Numbered from the stretch's first letter, positions 40,937 through 51,048 are shown. The stretch is 64,000 nucleotides of DNA from a bacterium (GCA_021788365.1 JAJYKS010000002.1:32521-96520), one strand, 5' to 3'. Notes: generated by a model not told the origin, from the letters alone. Made by a program: numbers and translations.

Positions 40937-42265
40937 ATGTTTAAGACCCTTCGTCGGTATTACTGGGTTACGGACATGTTTATCCGCCGCCACGGCGGCA
41001 TCATTGTTCGCACCACACTCGTAGTCCTAGCGGCAGTGGGAGCTCTGTACTTCTTCAATCGCTACGTACCTGCGCCTCTTCAGACCATTCGTATTGGGAG
41101 GGTAGGGAAGTACTCATTGGAAACCCTCCCTCCAGACATCGAATCAAAAATTTCCGTCGGTCTCGTAAAGGACAATATAGATGGTTCGGTAACTCCTGGC
41201 CTGGCAAAGTCTTGGACCGTTTCCCCTGACGGCAAAACCTACACTTTCACCCTAAACCACGATCTTACATGGAGTGATGGCTCGCAAGTAATTCCTCAGG
41301 ACATTACCTACAATTTCCAGGATGTACAGACGACGAGAGGCAACGGTACGGTCACCTTTCAGCTCTCGGAGCCATTTTCACCCTTCTACAGCGCAGTAAG
41401 CGAACCTCTACTTAAAAACGGCCGCTGGGGTGTTGGCACCTACCGCGTCGAAGGGCAGCAAAGCTACAACGGCATTCTTCAATCGGTCACGCTTGTCGGT
41501 CCGGACAAGCTCATCTACAAGTTTTATCCCACCGAGTCCTCGGCCTTGACCGCATACCAACTTGGCGAAGTAGACAAAGTAGAAGCCTTATCGTTCGTGC
41601 CATCCGATCTCACCAAAGACTCGGCAAGCCACGTAGCAACTGATAGCGGCGATCGCAAAATTACCGTACTTTTCTTCAACAACAACGACTCGCTCTTATC
41701 GGCAAAATCAACCAGGCAGGCACTAGCCTATGCAATTCGGGACAAGACGTTTGGAGCGGAACGCGCCATTTCCCCCATAGACAGTCGGTCGTGGGCATAC
41801 AACCCGTTGGTAAAAACCTATGACTACGACGCAGCCCACGCCAAGACGCTCCTAGCCGAAAACATCAAAGACCCGAGCACCGTCTCGCTCGAGCTTAAAA
41901 CGACACTTCCTTATCTAGACGAGGCAGAAAGCATCGCCTCGGACTGGCAAACCGCACTTGGGATACAGGTAAATGTAAAGGTTGTAACGACAGTTTCAAG
42001 TGACTACCAGACGCTTCTGGCAGACTTCACCCCGCCAACCGATCCCGATCAATACACCATGTGGCACAGTACCCAACCCACGAATTTTACCCACGTCACC
42101 GATCTCAAGGTAGACAAATTATTGGAAGATGGTCGCCGCACCCTCGACCCCAAGCTCCGCAAGGACATTTACCTAGACTTTCAACGTTTTCTCCTCGAAG
42201 ACTGCCCCGCTGTGTTCTTGTTCAATAGCAGCAGCTACACCATCTCCCGCAAGCCGTTGTTTTAG
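40937..42265 (+). CDS. Membrane-anchored solute-binding protein family 5 (peptide/nickel ABC SBP-like)
   Basis: 'PGLAKSWTVSPDGKTYTFTLNHDLTWSDGSQVIPQDITYNF' matches the SBP_bac_5 signature region; no cognate permease in the window. Confidence 0.55.
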   Translation: MFKTLRRYYWVTDMFIRRHGGIIVRTTLVVLAAVGALYFFNRYVPAPLQTIRIGRVGKYSLETLPPDIESKISVGLVKDNIDGSVTPGLAKSWTVSPDGKTYTFTLNHDLTWSDGSQVIPQDITYNFQDVQTTRGNGTVTFQLSEPFSPFYSAVSEPLLKNGRWGVGTYRVEGQQSYNGILQSVTLVGPDKLIYKFYPTESSALTAYQLGEVDKVEALSFVPSDLTKDSASHVATDSGDRKITVLFFNNNDSLLSAKSTRQALAYAIRDKTFGAERAISPIDSRSWAYNPLVKTYDYDAAHAKTLLAENIKDPSTVSLELKTTLPYLDEAESIASDWQTALGIQVNVKVVTTVSSDYQTLLADFTPPTDPDQYTMWHSTQPTNFTHVTDLKVDKLLEDGRRTLDPKLRKDIYLDFQRFLLEDCPAVFLFNSSSYTISRKPLF

Positions 42266-42267
42266 CT

Positions 42268-43077
42268 ATGACCATCCGCATTCTTACATGGAATATCTTG
42301 AGCGGCGGATTCACCAAGTACGGGAGTGATGAAACACGTCCGCCGAGACTACCTGCACTCGCCGACGTAATCCGTCGATTGGAGCCGGACGTCGCATGCC
42401 TCATCGACACGTACCGTTGGGCCGATATGTTCTCGCCAAACGACTTACAGCAACTATTTAATTTTCCGTTTGCGTATACGGCAAAGCTAGACGACGAAAG
42501 ATTGAAAATACTCGGCCATGACAACGGAATAACAGTTCTCTCACATATACCTAGCACGTCAGCACATACAATTCGTATAGCCACACGCAACGCACTCGCA
42601 GTTCGCACACCCGGCCTAGACATTTTCCCCACCTACCTCGATGACACGAGCGAAGACACACGAAAAGCACAACTGACCGTGCTCCTAAGAGAAGTCCACA
42701 AAAACATTCCCACAGTTATCACGGGAGATTTCAATACGTTTGATAAGAGTGATTTAGCTAAAACATCTGAAGCACTTGAAAAGATGCGACAGGCGTATCC
42801 AACGGCACAAGCAAAGATGGAACACTCACTAAACGAAATGAAACGAGGAGAGGTGACGCGTATGCTGACCAACGCCGGGTTCATAGACCAAGGAAAAGGA
42901 AGGGGCAATACTATGCCTGCTGGCCTTTTCCCGCTGAAGCTTGCGACTCCAATTGCCAGGATTGACTATACATTCGGCAATAAATCGGTAAAGTTAAAAA
43001 ACTTTCAAGTCCTGACAGGGGAGCCGTACGCAAACCTGTCTGACCACTATCCCATCCTCACAACAATAGCTGTTTAG
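42268..43077 (+). CDS. Endonuclease/exonuclease/phosphatase (EEP) family protein
   Basis: ILTWNIL N-terminus, ITGDFNTF, and C-terminal SDHYPILTTIAV. Confidence 0.75.
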   Translation: MTIRILTWNILSGGFTKYGSDETRPPRLPALADVIRRLEPDVACLIDTYRWADMFSPNDLQQLFNFPFAYTAKLDDERLKILGHDNGITVLSHIPSTSAHTIRIATRNALAVRTPGLDIFPTYLDDTSEDTRKAQLTVLLREVHKNIPTVITGDFNTFDKSDLAKTSEALEKMRQAYPTAQAKMEHSLNEMKRGEVTRMLTNAGFIDQGKGRGNTMPAGLFPLKLATPIARIDYTFGNKSVKLKNFQVLTGEPYANLSDHYPILTTIAV

Positions 43078-43080
43078 ATG

Positions 43081-43154
43081 TGCGCCCAGGTGGAATCGAA
43101 CCACCGACCGTCCCGTTAGAAGCGGGATGCTCTATCCAACTGAGCTATGGGCGC
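43081..43154 (-). tRNA. tRNA-Arg (anticodon TCT)
   Basis: Manual fold of the reverse complement: acceptor GCGCCCA/TGGGCGC, anticodon loop CTTCTAA, T-loop TTCGATT. Confidence 0.85.
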
Positions 43155-43222
43155 CAGTTATTTCATTATATCAGGCAGACACGGTATAATCAGGCTGCTG
43201 ACAGCCCTGAGCTTGTCGAAGG

Positions 43223-43305
43223 GCCGAGGTGGCGGAATGGTATACGCTCAAGTCTTAAAAACTTGTGGAGGTAACTCCATGCGGGTTCGATCCCCGCCCT
43301 CGGCA
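43223..43305 (+). tRNA. tRNA-Leu (anticodon TAA), type II long variable arm
   Basis: Acceptor GCCGAGG/CCTCGGC, anticodon loop CTTAAAA, variable arm TGGAGGTAACTCCAT. Confidence 0.8.
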
Positions 43306-43390
43306 CCTAGTACACCTCGATACTAGGTTGTAAAATGCAGTAACCTCTTAAAGTTCTCTTCGGGCTTGCCCGCCGAAACTTTAGTGAAGG

Positions 43391-43463
43391 CGGGGTGTGG
43401 CTCAGATGGTAGAGCGCCTCGTTTGGGACGAGGAGGTCCCCAGTTCGAGTCTGGGCACCCCGA
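43391..43463 (+). tRNA. tRNA-Pro (anticodon TGG)
   Basis: Acceptor CGGGGTG/CACCCCG, anticodon loop TTTGGGA. Confidence 0.85.
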
Positions 43464-43491
43464 CATAGGCCATGTTACAATAACTACCGTT

Positions 43492-43564
43492 GCGGGCATA
43501 GCTCAGTTGGTAGAGCGTCTCCTTGCCAAGGAGAAGGTCGCGAGTTCGAGTCTCGTTGCCCGCT
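43492..43564 (+). tRNA. tRNA-Gly (anticodon GCC)
   Basis: Acceptor GCGGGCA/TGCCCGC, anticodon loop TTGCCAA. Confidence 0.85.
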
Positions 43565-43568
43565 CAAG

Positions 43569-44234
43569 ATGAAATATGTAGTGCCTATAGTTGTCATCGT
43601 TGGTGTCGTAGTCGGCGTGCTGGCATTTACGTTTCATCCATCGTCTGGGGAAGCGCCATCCCCGACACCTCAAATATCAGCTATACCGGAAGCCTCCGCA
43701 AGCGAGGCCTCCACAGGAGTTACCCCTATGCAGTTTACAAACGCAGAACAAGTCATAAAAGCCGGCAAAACCTATACCGCCACTCTAAAAACAGACGACG
43801 GCGACATCGTAATTGCTCTAGACGCGAAGGACACTCCCAAAACGGTCAACAACTTTGTCTTTTTGGCCGAGAAGCACTTCTACGACAACACCATCTTTCA
43901 CCGAGTTATTAAAGGCTTTATGATCCAGGGAGGAGATCCCACGGGTACCGGCACCGGCGGGCCCGGGTACCGTTTTGCCGATGAGCCTTTTACCGGCACG
44001 TACACGCGAGGCACCGTTGCGATGGCAAATGCCGGTCCCAACACCAACGGCAGCCAATTCTTCATCATGCACGCCGACGTAAACCTCCCCCACTCCTATG
44101 TGATCTTTGGTCACGTCACAAGTGGCATGGACACCGTAGACAAGATAGCCGACGCACCCATGAAACAAGGTGGGGAGGGAAGTAGTCCCGTAGTCCCCGT
44201 TCACATCTTGTCTGCTACCATCGTCGAAAAATAA
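43569..44234 (+). CDS. Peptidyl-prolyl cis-trans isomerase (cyclophilin type) with N-terminal membrane anchor
   Basis: HRVIKGFMIQGGDPTGTGTGGPGY...GTVAMANAGPNTNGSQFFI. Confidence 0.88.
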   Translation: MKYVVPIVVIVGVVVGVLAFTFHPSSGEAPSPTPQISAIPEASASEASTGVTPMQFTNAEQVIKAGKTYTATLKTDDGDIVIALDAKDTPKTVNNFVFLAEKHFYDNTIFHRVIKGFMIQGGDPTGTGTGGPGYRFADEPFTGTYTRGTVAMANAGPNTNGSQFFIMHADVNLPHSYVIFGHVTSGMDTVDKIADAPMKQGGEGSSPVVPVHILSATIVEK

Positions 44235-44814
44235 TCGATTGGGGTGTCAACATATCCCCACCGTGCAAAGGTTGCATAGCACCCAAAGAGTCGATACCAT
44301 CAAGCGTTTTTTTGACCACTGCTTCTCGAACGGGATGTATCATTCGCGCAATATTGTCTTCAACGCCAAAAGCAATGACTCCGGTGAGCAAGCAATTAAA
44401 AACCAGGCCAGACAAAGTACCAGCAGTCAATGTGTCAAGTGCTGGTTCCACGCTGTGTTCGACAAGCGCAGCAGTTATTCCGACAACGTTTGCCGGGTTG
44501 GTCATCATGTTAACAAGCGAGGCCAACACAACAGACCCACCAGTGTTTATTCCCCAACCAGACAAAGTACTCGCGAGCATATTGCCCGAGAGCTTAAATT
44601 TAGAGAGCGTCCATAAGTCAAGCATAAAATTGGCACCGAGTGCAAACGACATTAGTGCCTCCGAAGTCTGCGGATTAAGGTGAAAATGAGGCAACTCAAC
44701 GGTACCCAAAAAGGCTTGAAGCGACACGTTTAAAAAGCTCACGATAGGAAGAAGCACGGCAATCGCAGCCATACGGTCAACACGTTCAGGTGCGCCAACA
44801 TGATTATCCTCCAC
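44215..44814 (-). CDS. Hypothetical integral membrane protein
   Basis: Hydrophobic, multi-TM; preferred over the hydrophilic low-complexity +-strand ORF at 44239..44616. Confidence 0.35.
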   Translation of the reverse strand: MEDNHVGAPERVDRMAAIAVLLPIVSFLNVSLQAFLGTVELPHFHLNPQTSEALMSFALGANFMLDLWTLSKFKLSGNMLASTLSGWGINTGGSVVLASLVNMMTNPANVVGITAALVEHSVEPALDTLTAGTLSGLVFNCLLTGVIAFGVEDNIARMIHPVREAVVKKTLDGIDSLGAMQPLHGGDMLTPQSIIFRRW

Positions 44815-44865
44815 CCCGATATATAACCAATTTCCCCAGAGAATGTAAAGAGGTATACTAAAAAG

Positions 44866-46155
44866 ATGCCCGCCGACACGTCGCGACCTTTTGTTATTCT
44901 AACAACTGCTGTCGCAGGCCTTGGCCACCTTCGCGTGACTCGCGCGCTCCGTGACGCACTACCGGCAAAAGTCTCCAGTATAGAGATTCCCGCTAAAGAT
45001 ACGTGGCTCACGATGTTTCACAATGTGATGAGCAACAATAGTCTCTTACGGAAGATATTCGAGTATACGCAAGACACACCACAACTTGAGGATGCCTTTA
45101 CCTGGATCACCCGTCAGGGTTTGCATCTTACCTCAAGTCGGGTTCGACGTCTCATTGTTGATACCGTCCGAGAATCTAAAAAAAATCCGACGTCGGTTGT
45201 CATAGCGTGCAGCCACTTTATGCTGGCAGAGTCCGTAGGCGTAGAAAAACAAGCAATAGAGGCCGAGCTCGGTATCCCCGTACGTTTGGTTGTACAGATA
45301 ACCGACGACACCACCCAGCACATTTGGTACGTGACCGGCGCAGATCTACTCGTCGCCCCCAGCGTCCACGTTGCGTCGTCGCTCCACGCCTACGGTGTCG
45401 CCCATCACATGGCAGATACCCCCATCTCGGTTCTGCCATACCCCATAAATCCACTCTTTAGCAAACCGCTAAATCCCGGTCCGCACGAACGGCTTGCAGA
45501 ATACGAAGGGAAAGCGCCGCTCAAACTCGTGATCCCTGTTTCTGGTGCAGCGGCTGGCCTCAGCTACCTTACCGATCTCGCCATACATATAAGTAACAGC
45601 CACGACGCCATCCACACTACGATAGTCGGACAAGCAACCCCGCGTCTCAAAAGCACTCGCCGCCAGCTGCTACGCGCAAAGAACATAAAATGTATATGTG
45701 CAAAGTCAGAAGACGATGTTATTACAGCGTACGAGAACTACTACAAAGAGAATGTGGTAGGGGCAGAAGTGACAAAACCCAGCGAACAAGCCTTCAAGGT
45801 ACTTGCGAGACATGATCAGGTAGGGGGCAGTATCCTGTTCCTAACCCATCCCGTCGGACGCCAGGAATACGAAAACCTAGAATTCCTCTTTCGTAATCGT
45901 TTTATCCCAACTCCCTCAGAACGGCGAGAGCTTTTTGCGCTTGCGCGCTATCACCAAACTCCATCCACCGCGATTCGCCGCCAAGCTCGCTACTGGCGTG
46001 GTCTGCAGTTGCCGCCAATACCGAAAGAGGCTGCCTCATTCATCCACTGGTGTCTCGAGACGAAACTATTAGCCGACATGGGGTTGGTCACACGCAAGGC
46101 CCCCTCACTCCAACCCGACGGGGCAAAAGAGTTCTGGGACATAGCCCTCAACTAA
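44866..46155 (+). CDS. Putative glycosyltransferase (MGDG-synthase/UgtP-like N-domain plus GT28-like C-domain)
   Basis: 'VILTTAVAGLGHLRVTRAL' resembles the MGDG_synth N-terminus; weak. Confidence 0.35.
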   Translation: MPADTSRPFVILTTAVAGLGHLRVTRALRDALPAKVSSIEIPAKDTWLTMFHNVMSNNSLLRKIFEYTQDTPQLEDAFTWITRQGLHLTSSRVRRLIVDTVRESKKNPTSVVIACSHFMLAESVGVEKQAIEAELGIPVRLVVQITDDTTQHIWYVTGADLLVAPSVHVASSLHAYGVAHHMADTPISVLPYPINPLFSKPLNPGPHERLAEYEGKAPLKLVIPVSGAAAGLSYLTDLAIHISNSHDAIHTTIVGQATPRLKSTRRQLLRAKNIKCICAKSEDDVITAYENYYKENVVGAEVTKPSEQAFKVLARHDQVGGSILFLTHPVGRQEYENLEFLFRNRFIPTPSERRELFALARYHQTPSTAIRRQARYWRGLQLPPIPKEAASFIHWCLETKLLADMGLVTRKAPSLQPDGAKEFWDIALN

Positions 46156-46164
46156 TTCTCGAAG

Positions 46165-46203
46165 CGTAGATTGTAATATCTAGGACCTCAGTCGTGGTGA
46201 GTG
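46165..46203 (+). repeat. Direct repeat of the tRNA-His leader plus its first 7 nt (second copy at 46315-46353)
   Basis: GGACCTCAGTCGTGGTGAGTG is identical in both copies, preceded by similar TAATATC. Confidence 0.6.
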
Positions 46204-46314
46204 GAGAAGCACATCGAGTTGGTCACAACTCGAGAAATGCCTCCAGATACGAAGTAATCTGGGAGGCGCAGCTGGTTAGACCTGCCGGCAGGCAGGGCGC
46301 GTCAATTCTCCAAG
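46204..46314 (+). other. Hairpin-rich insert between the duplicated tRNA-His leaders, including a D-arm-like fragment (GCGCAGCTGGTTAGACC); possible decayed tRNA-His 5' remnant or small structured RNA
   Basis: Three inverted repeats: CGAGTTG-GTCA-CAACTCG; GCCTCCAGAT...ATCTGGGAGGC; CCTGCCGGCAGG. Confidence 0.35.
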
Positions 46315-46345
46315 CTTAGGTTATAATATCCTGGACCTCAGTCGT

Positions 46346-46420
46346 GGTGAGTGTAGCTCAGCTGGTTAGAGCGCGTCCCTGTGGAGGATGAGGTCGCCGG
46401 TTCGATCCCGGTCACTCACC
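46346..46420 (+). tRNA. tRNA-His (anticodon GTG) with encoded G-1 and C73
   Basis: Acceptor GTGAGTG/CACTCAC, G-1, anticodon loop CTGTGGA. Confidence 0.85.
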
Positions 46421-48016
46421 CATTACAGGATTATTCGACAAATAATCCTTAAAATGCACCATGTTATCGGTCTTTTCGAGAGGTTCGAACCTCCTAGCGA
46501 TTGCGCGGACGTCACAAGCCACAGATTTGAGCATAAATAGGGGTTTTTTGAGCTGTATATCGAGGACTCCATCGGTTAGCACTAGGTTCGAACCAAGATA
46601 GCTCACGATCTCCCGCCGCGTGCGCTCGTCACCATGGGCGAACCGCTCGGCTGCCGTTGCGGCGAATGACAGGTCCTGATCTAGCTCTTGGAGTCGCTCG
46701 TCCACTCTAGTATCGATACTATCGAGGAGCCGTTTCCGCGTCTCCTTGTCGTGCTCTAGCTCGGCCAGGCGGCGCTGGTAGTAGTCTTCGGGCACCTTGT
46801 CGTCGAGATATTTCCCGACCAGCGTGTCCATCTGCTTGAGGACCTCATTATAGCCAGTTTGTGCCTGCTGGAGGCTCGTCTGCCGATCACCTACGGACTT
46901 CTCCTGATCCTTTTTGATCTCACCGATTGCCCAGTCGTGGAATCCTTCGGGTATCTGGACCGCATCGAGAAGCTCACCGAACTGACGCTCCAGTTCTGTC
47001 GAAAGGAGGTAATGTTGGCGGCACGGCCCTTTTTTCTTCGTGCAGCGGTAATAGGTATAGCTATGGGTATTGCCGTTTTCCTGATGTTTTGTCTTTTTCT
47101 CTGCAGTGATCGAGCACCCGCACTCGCCGCACGACATGAGACCAGTATAAGGGAAGTAATGGGTCTTGGGACGAGGCTTATTCTTGAGTCCCAGTACGTA
47201 CTGGATCTCCTCAAACTCTTCGGGTTCGATCGCTTTTTTCGCCTTCGAGTCGTAAAAGGTCCCCGAGCTTGCAGGATACTCAAATCTCCCCGCGTACATC
47301 GGGTTTACCAGGAGATCGTACCAGGTTGTAGAGGGGAGCGTATCAACACGCTTACCGTGGAGACCCAAGGACTCCATATACACGCGTGCCTCGGCGGGTA
47401 TCATCTGGTGGCTGGCGACTAGCTTGAGCCCCTTGGAGACGAGGTCAAACACGTCGTTCGGTAGTATCTCGTCTTCTCCGAGCCGCTTGTACTGGGCATG
47501 ACGGTAGCCGAGCGGCAGACTCGCACCAGGGTACCAACCCCGTTCCGCCTTCTTGAGAAGCCCACGGTGAGTATCGGCACTGAGGTCTCGGCTAAACTGG
47601 TTCGTGAGACCGAACTCGACATACATCATCATGACGTTGTCTTCTGGGTACCAGTTACGGTCGACCGTGCGGATATGTTTGATCTCCCCACGCTGAAGCA
47701 TCCCCATGATCCGCCCTGCGTCGTCGGGGTTACGGGAGAGGCGGGAGAGCTTCCAGACGACAATCCCGTCCGCCTCGCCATTCTCAATCCGCTCAACCAT
47801 CCTGTTGAAAACTGGGCGGCCCACCTTGAACCCAGAGCACGACTCGCTCATAGTATCGACTACTTTGAGCTGATTATCGTGCGCCACATCCCCCATGACC
47901 TCGATCTGGGACTCGATCGAGGCTACCTGGCGGTCCTCGTTCGTCGAGCTTTTACGTGCGTAGACAAAGTAGCGGAGAGGTAGCTTTGGCTTGGTACTAG
48001 AGGTAGGAGCGTACAT
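46412..48016 (-). CDS. Large serine recombinase (resolvase domain + recombinase domain + zinc ribbon)
   Basis: 'YVYARKSSTNEDRQVASIESQ' (catalytic Ser) and 'GIVVWKLSRLSRN'; 534 aa; C-terminal Cys pairs. Confidence 0.85.
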   Translation of the reverse strand: MYAPTSSTKPKLPLRYFVYARKSSTNEDRQVASIESQIEVMGDVAHDNQLKVVDTMSESCSGFKVGRPVFNRMVERIENGEADGIVVWKLSRLSRNPDDAGRIMGMLQRGEIKHIRTVDRNWYPEDNVMMMYVEFGLTNQFSRDLSADTHRGLLKKAERGWYPGASLPLGYRHAQYKRLGEDEILPNDVFDLVSKGLKLVASHQMIPAEARVYMESLGLHGKRVDTLPSTTWYDLLVNPMYAGRFEYPASSGTFYDSKAKKAIEPEEFEEIQYVLGLKNKPRPKTHYFPYTGLMSCGECGCSITAEKKTKHQENGNTHSYTYYRCTKKKGPCRQHYLLSTELERQFGELLDAVQIPEGFHDWAIGEIKKDQEKSVGDRQTSLQQAQTGYNEVLKQMDTLVGKYLDDKVPEDYYQRRLAELEHDKETRKRLLDSIDTRVDERLQELDQDLSFAATAAERFAHGDERTRREIVSYLGSNLVLTDGVLDIQLKKPLFMLKSVACDVRAIARRFEPLEKTDNMVHFKDYLSNNPVMGE

Positions 48017-48032
48017 ATACGACCAGCTTACA

Positions 48033-49175
48033 CTATTTGCTCGTAGTTTGTAGTCGTACCATCTCTGCTGCTATCTGGCGAGCCAGATCATTCGTGCCTC
48101 CAGATGTAGCATTACCGGAAAAGTCTATAGATCGGACGATCTCGTTCACTCTCCCAGGGTCGATCGCGCCGTATGCTTGGTAGGTCGTCGCAATATGCTC
48201 GTGGCCTAGGTTTTGTGAGAGAGCCTTCATCTGCTCGGGGGTAGTAATGTGTTTCTCCGTCTCGGCCGTCACGAAATGGCGGAATGTATGGGGGTAGAAA
48301 TAGGGGAGTCTCATTTGCTTACACCGATCGCGGAAAATCGTACGCATCGAACCAGCATCGGCCCAAAATGCCTTACTCACCCCTTTGGCCTCGTACGCAT
48401 AGTTATCTGGTCCTATCTGGCCGATCTCGGTACTCGGGAAAAGTGGGTCATCCAGCCCGTAGTGTTTCTCTCGGGTGAGGTACTCGTACCACTCGGTGAA
48501 GTAACCCGTGAGCGTGCTATCGAGGGGTAGGAGTGTGGTGTAGATGTCCTTGTTAAACTTCGTCTTTACCCCTAGTGACGGAAGTTGTTTTACGAGTCGT
48601 GCCGCTGGATCATAACACCGTATCGAGAGTGACACGACCGCCCTATCCCGCATCCCCGTGAGCGACGTGAAGGCAATGAGAGCACGGTCCCGCCGATCTG
48701 TCTCCGAGAATGTGGGGAAGCTACAAAGTTGCCTGATCTGCTCCAGGGTAGGATAGCTCGGGAGCCTGGCAGAGAGCGCCTCTCGTTGCTCGCCGCGGGA
48801 TAACTTGAGGTAACTGGCGTACTCTGGACGGACCCGCGACTTGTATCCTGGCTGGCTCGATAGCCACGCAAAGAAGTTGCGGACGTGGCGGAGTGTGTAG
48901 TACCTACTCTTGAGGCCCAGAGGTCGTCCAGAACGTTCATTTGCATGGGTCCCCAGGTACCGCTTAAACTGCTCTGCCCGCTTGTCCGTAAACCGTACGA
49001 AGTCCTCGTAATCGCTAAACTCCTCATACTTGCCGATGGCCTTCTCTACCAATCGGATAGAAGCATCACTCATCTGCTCAGGTCCCTTTAGCCAGGACCA
49101 GTAACGCCGTTTCACCAGCTCGTTTTTCTGCCGAATCTCCCCACTCGTAGACATATTATTCCTTCCCACTCCCAA
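48033..49175 (-). CDS. Tyrosine recombinase/phage-type integrase
   Basis: C-terminal 'HTFRHFVTA...LGHEHIATTYQAY' (R-H-R-Y catalytic box). Confidence 0.8.
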   Translation of the reverse strand: MGVGRNNMSTSGEIRQKNELVKRRYWSWLKGPEQMSDASIRLVEKAIGKYEEFSDYEDFVRFTDKRAEQFKRYLGTHANERSGRPLGLKSRYYTLRHVRNFFAWLSSQPGYKSRVRPEYASYLKLSRGEQREALSARLPSYPTLEQIRQLCSFPTFSETDRRDRALIAFTSLTGMRDRAVVSLSIRCYDPAARLVKQLPSLGVKTKFNKDIYTTLLPLDSTLTGYFTEWYEYLTREKHYGLDDPLFPSTEIGQIGPDNYAYEAKGVSKAFWADAGSMRTIFRDRCKQMRLPYFYPHTFRHFVTAETEKHITTPEQMKALSQNLGHEHIATTYQAYGAIDPGRVNEIVRSIDFSGNATSGGTNDLARQIAAEMVRLQTTSK

Positions 49176-49620
49176 GTGAGTGATACAAAGAGGGCTGGTG
49201 GTCTACATTAGTACCTTCTCCCTCCGCTAATATATGTACTGGTTTGGTGAAATACTTACGTACATCATGACCGCACACCGCGCACTTTCCCTGATACTGT
49301 ATCTCCTCCATTCCCGTCCCGATCCGTTTATGGCAATCTACTACTTTAACGTCGAGACCCTTGACCGCCGTGTGGCACGAGAAGCAAAAAAACTCATCGG
49401 TGCCGAGTGGCACCCGTCGCGCTGCCTGTCGGCTGCGGCAATAGCGCCGCACCTCGTCGCCTAGATAGAGCGAGAAGTGACTGTCGGGGTCGATTGGCCG
49501 CAACCCCCCAGCTCGCCACGTGCGAATAGTCTGCGGGTGGACGCCAAGGCATTCGGCCAGCTCGGTAGTGCTATAGCTCCGTATCCCGATCAGCCTGCGG
49601 GTGCTAATGCGCTTCTTCAT
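49156..49620 (-). CDS. Excisionase/MerR-like HTH DNA-binding protein with C-terminal Cys4 zinc ribbon
   Basis: 'STTELAECLGVHPQTIRTWRAGG' HTH; CFSCH...CAVCGH. Confidence 0.5.
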   Translation of the reverse strand: MKKRISTRRLIGIRSYSTTELAECLGVHPQTIRTWRAGGLRPIDPDSHFSLYLGDEVRRYCRSRQAARRVPLGTDEFFCFSCHTAVKGLDVKVVDCHKRIGTGMEEIQYQGKCAVCGHDVRKYFTKPVHILAEGEGTNVDHQPSLYHSLGSGKE

Positions 49621-49818
49621 ACGTCCTCATGGCTGGTTTACGACTTGGCAGATATACGGCACGGTACAGGTTCACCAAATTGGTCCCAAGCTTTTCCGCA
49701 TCCTCATCCGACAGCTCCACCCCATACTCTTGGAGATATAACTTCTGAAAGGCAATAAGTGAATCTCTTGCTAACATACCTCCAAAATATATGGAGGCAC
49801 TTGATCAACCGAGATCAA

Positions 49819-51048
49819 CTATTGATCAACAACCGCGACGGAGCTATCCAAACTCTCCCGACCGCCTAGATAATCATGGTTAAAGCTAGCACTGTGCATG
49901 TTGTAGGTAAGAAATCTGACCACACCCAAGTCTCCGGCAATACGACTGACCAGAGCTCGTGCGGCGTCGTAGGGTACTCTCCCTGGATTTTTTACTTTCC
50001 CGACATCGACTACGTCCACCATCGAGCCTTTAATATCCTCAAATACAACATTTCCCTCGGGGTCGTCGTCAAGCGCCGCTAACAATATGCCCGCATTGTC
50101 TAGGTCGCGTTTAAACCGATAATCCTTGCCGTTGATCCTCAGGTAAACAAAGTTCTCATCTTTTTTCAAAGACCAGTGAACCCCGATAATTAGGTCGATA
50201 CCACCGGTAGGAGTAACCGGCGTTATACTCGAATGCGTATCTGGTTCTAGCTCTAGGTATTCGAGCGTAAATTGGTGTACCTTAGCTATGTAGTAACGAT
50301 AATCCACAGACTTAAACTCATGCGCCTGCTCTGACGGACCAAATTGCTCTCCCTTAATGATCTTCCTCATCTCTGCCTGCATCGACGACCAGCCCATCAG
50401 CTCAAAAAACTTATTTTTCTTGGCGAAATCGTCGTGGATCTTCCACTTGACGTCGTCGATCGCCCAAAACGCGGTTACGATCTTATCCCAGCTAAACCAT
50501 AGCCTGGTGATCTCGATAATCTTTAGACCAGTCATAATCTGGTCATACTTGGTATAGCTTGGAGAAAACGTCCAGGACGTGATCCGCCGCTCATTACTTA
50601 CTTCTCCATACCTTTGAACAAACTTGAGCTCCGCTTCATTGCCGTCCTCCACCATGGTCATGAGTGCGTAGGATAATTTGTCGTAAAGATCCTCGACATA
50701 GCCCCGAGAGGAGGTCATCCTTCCCTCTACGACATCGCGGAACTCGGCGAGATTTTTAGTCACAACCTTGTCCGTTATCCCAGAATACTTCACATGCGAG
50801 GCCACCTGTTTATAGATTTTCTGTATCTCGTCCACAGCTTTTTGCCACAGTTCATTGACTTCCTTGTACTCGGCGAGCTTTTGCTCCTGGATTGCCTTAA
50901 ACATGCCACCCAAATTTTCCTCTTGGTCAAAGACCCGGACATAATCGTATAGCCAGAGGAAAAAATGCTGCTCGCTATCCGCCGCCATTGCCAAGTCGTA
51001 GATGCGCACAAGCCGCTTGCGTAGTACCTCAACATTTGCCGTTGGCAT
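49819..51048 (-). CDS. Hypothetical protein (409 aa), island cargo
   Basis: Long ORF in a co-directional cluster; no recognisable domain. Confidence 0.4.
   Translation of the reverse strand: MPTANVEVLRKRLVRIYDLAMAADSEQHFFLWLYDYVRVFDQEENLGGMFKAIQEQKLAEYKEVNELWQKAVDEIQKIYKQVASHVKYSGITDKVVTKNLAEFRDVVEGRMTSSRGYVEDLYDKLSYALMTMVEDGNEAELKFVQRYGEVSNERRITSWTFSPSYTKYDQIMTGLKIIEITRLWFSWDKIVTAFWAIDDVKWKIHDDFAKKNKFFELMGWSSMQAEMRKIIKGEQFGPSEQAHEFKSVDYRYYIAKVHQFTLEYLELEPDTHSSITPVTPTGGIDLIIGVHWSLKKDENFVYLRINGKDYRFKRDLDNAGILLAALDDDPEGNVVFEDIKGSMVDVVDVGKVKNPGRVPYDAARALVSRIAGDLGVVRFLTYNMHSASFNHDYLGGRESLDSSVAVVDQ

Noticed and set aside
43366-43912. ORFs 43366..43572 and 43523..43912 (68 and 129 aa)
   Set aside because: They overlap the tRNA-Pro and tRNA-Gly genes and are Arg/Ser-rich read-through of structured RNA sequence.
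44239-44683. +-strand ORFs 44239..44616 and 44312..44683
   Set aside because: They are antisense to a hydrophobic multi-TM ORF (44215..44814, - strand) that is the more plausible gene; the + frames are hydrophilic and low-complexity.
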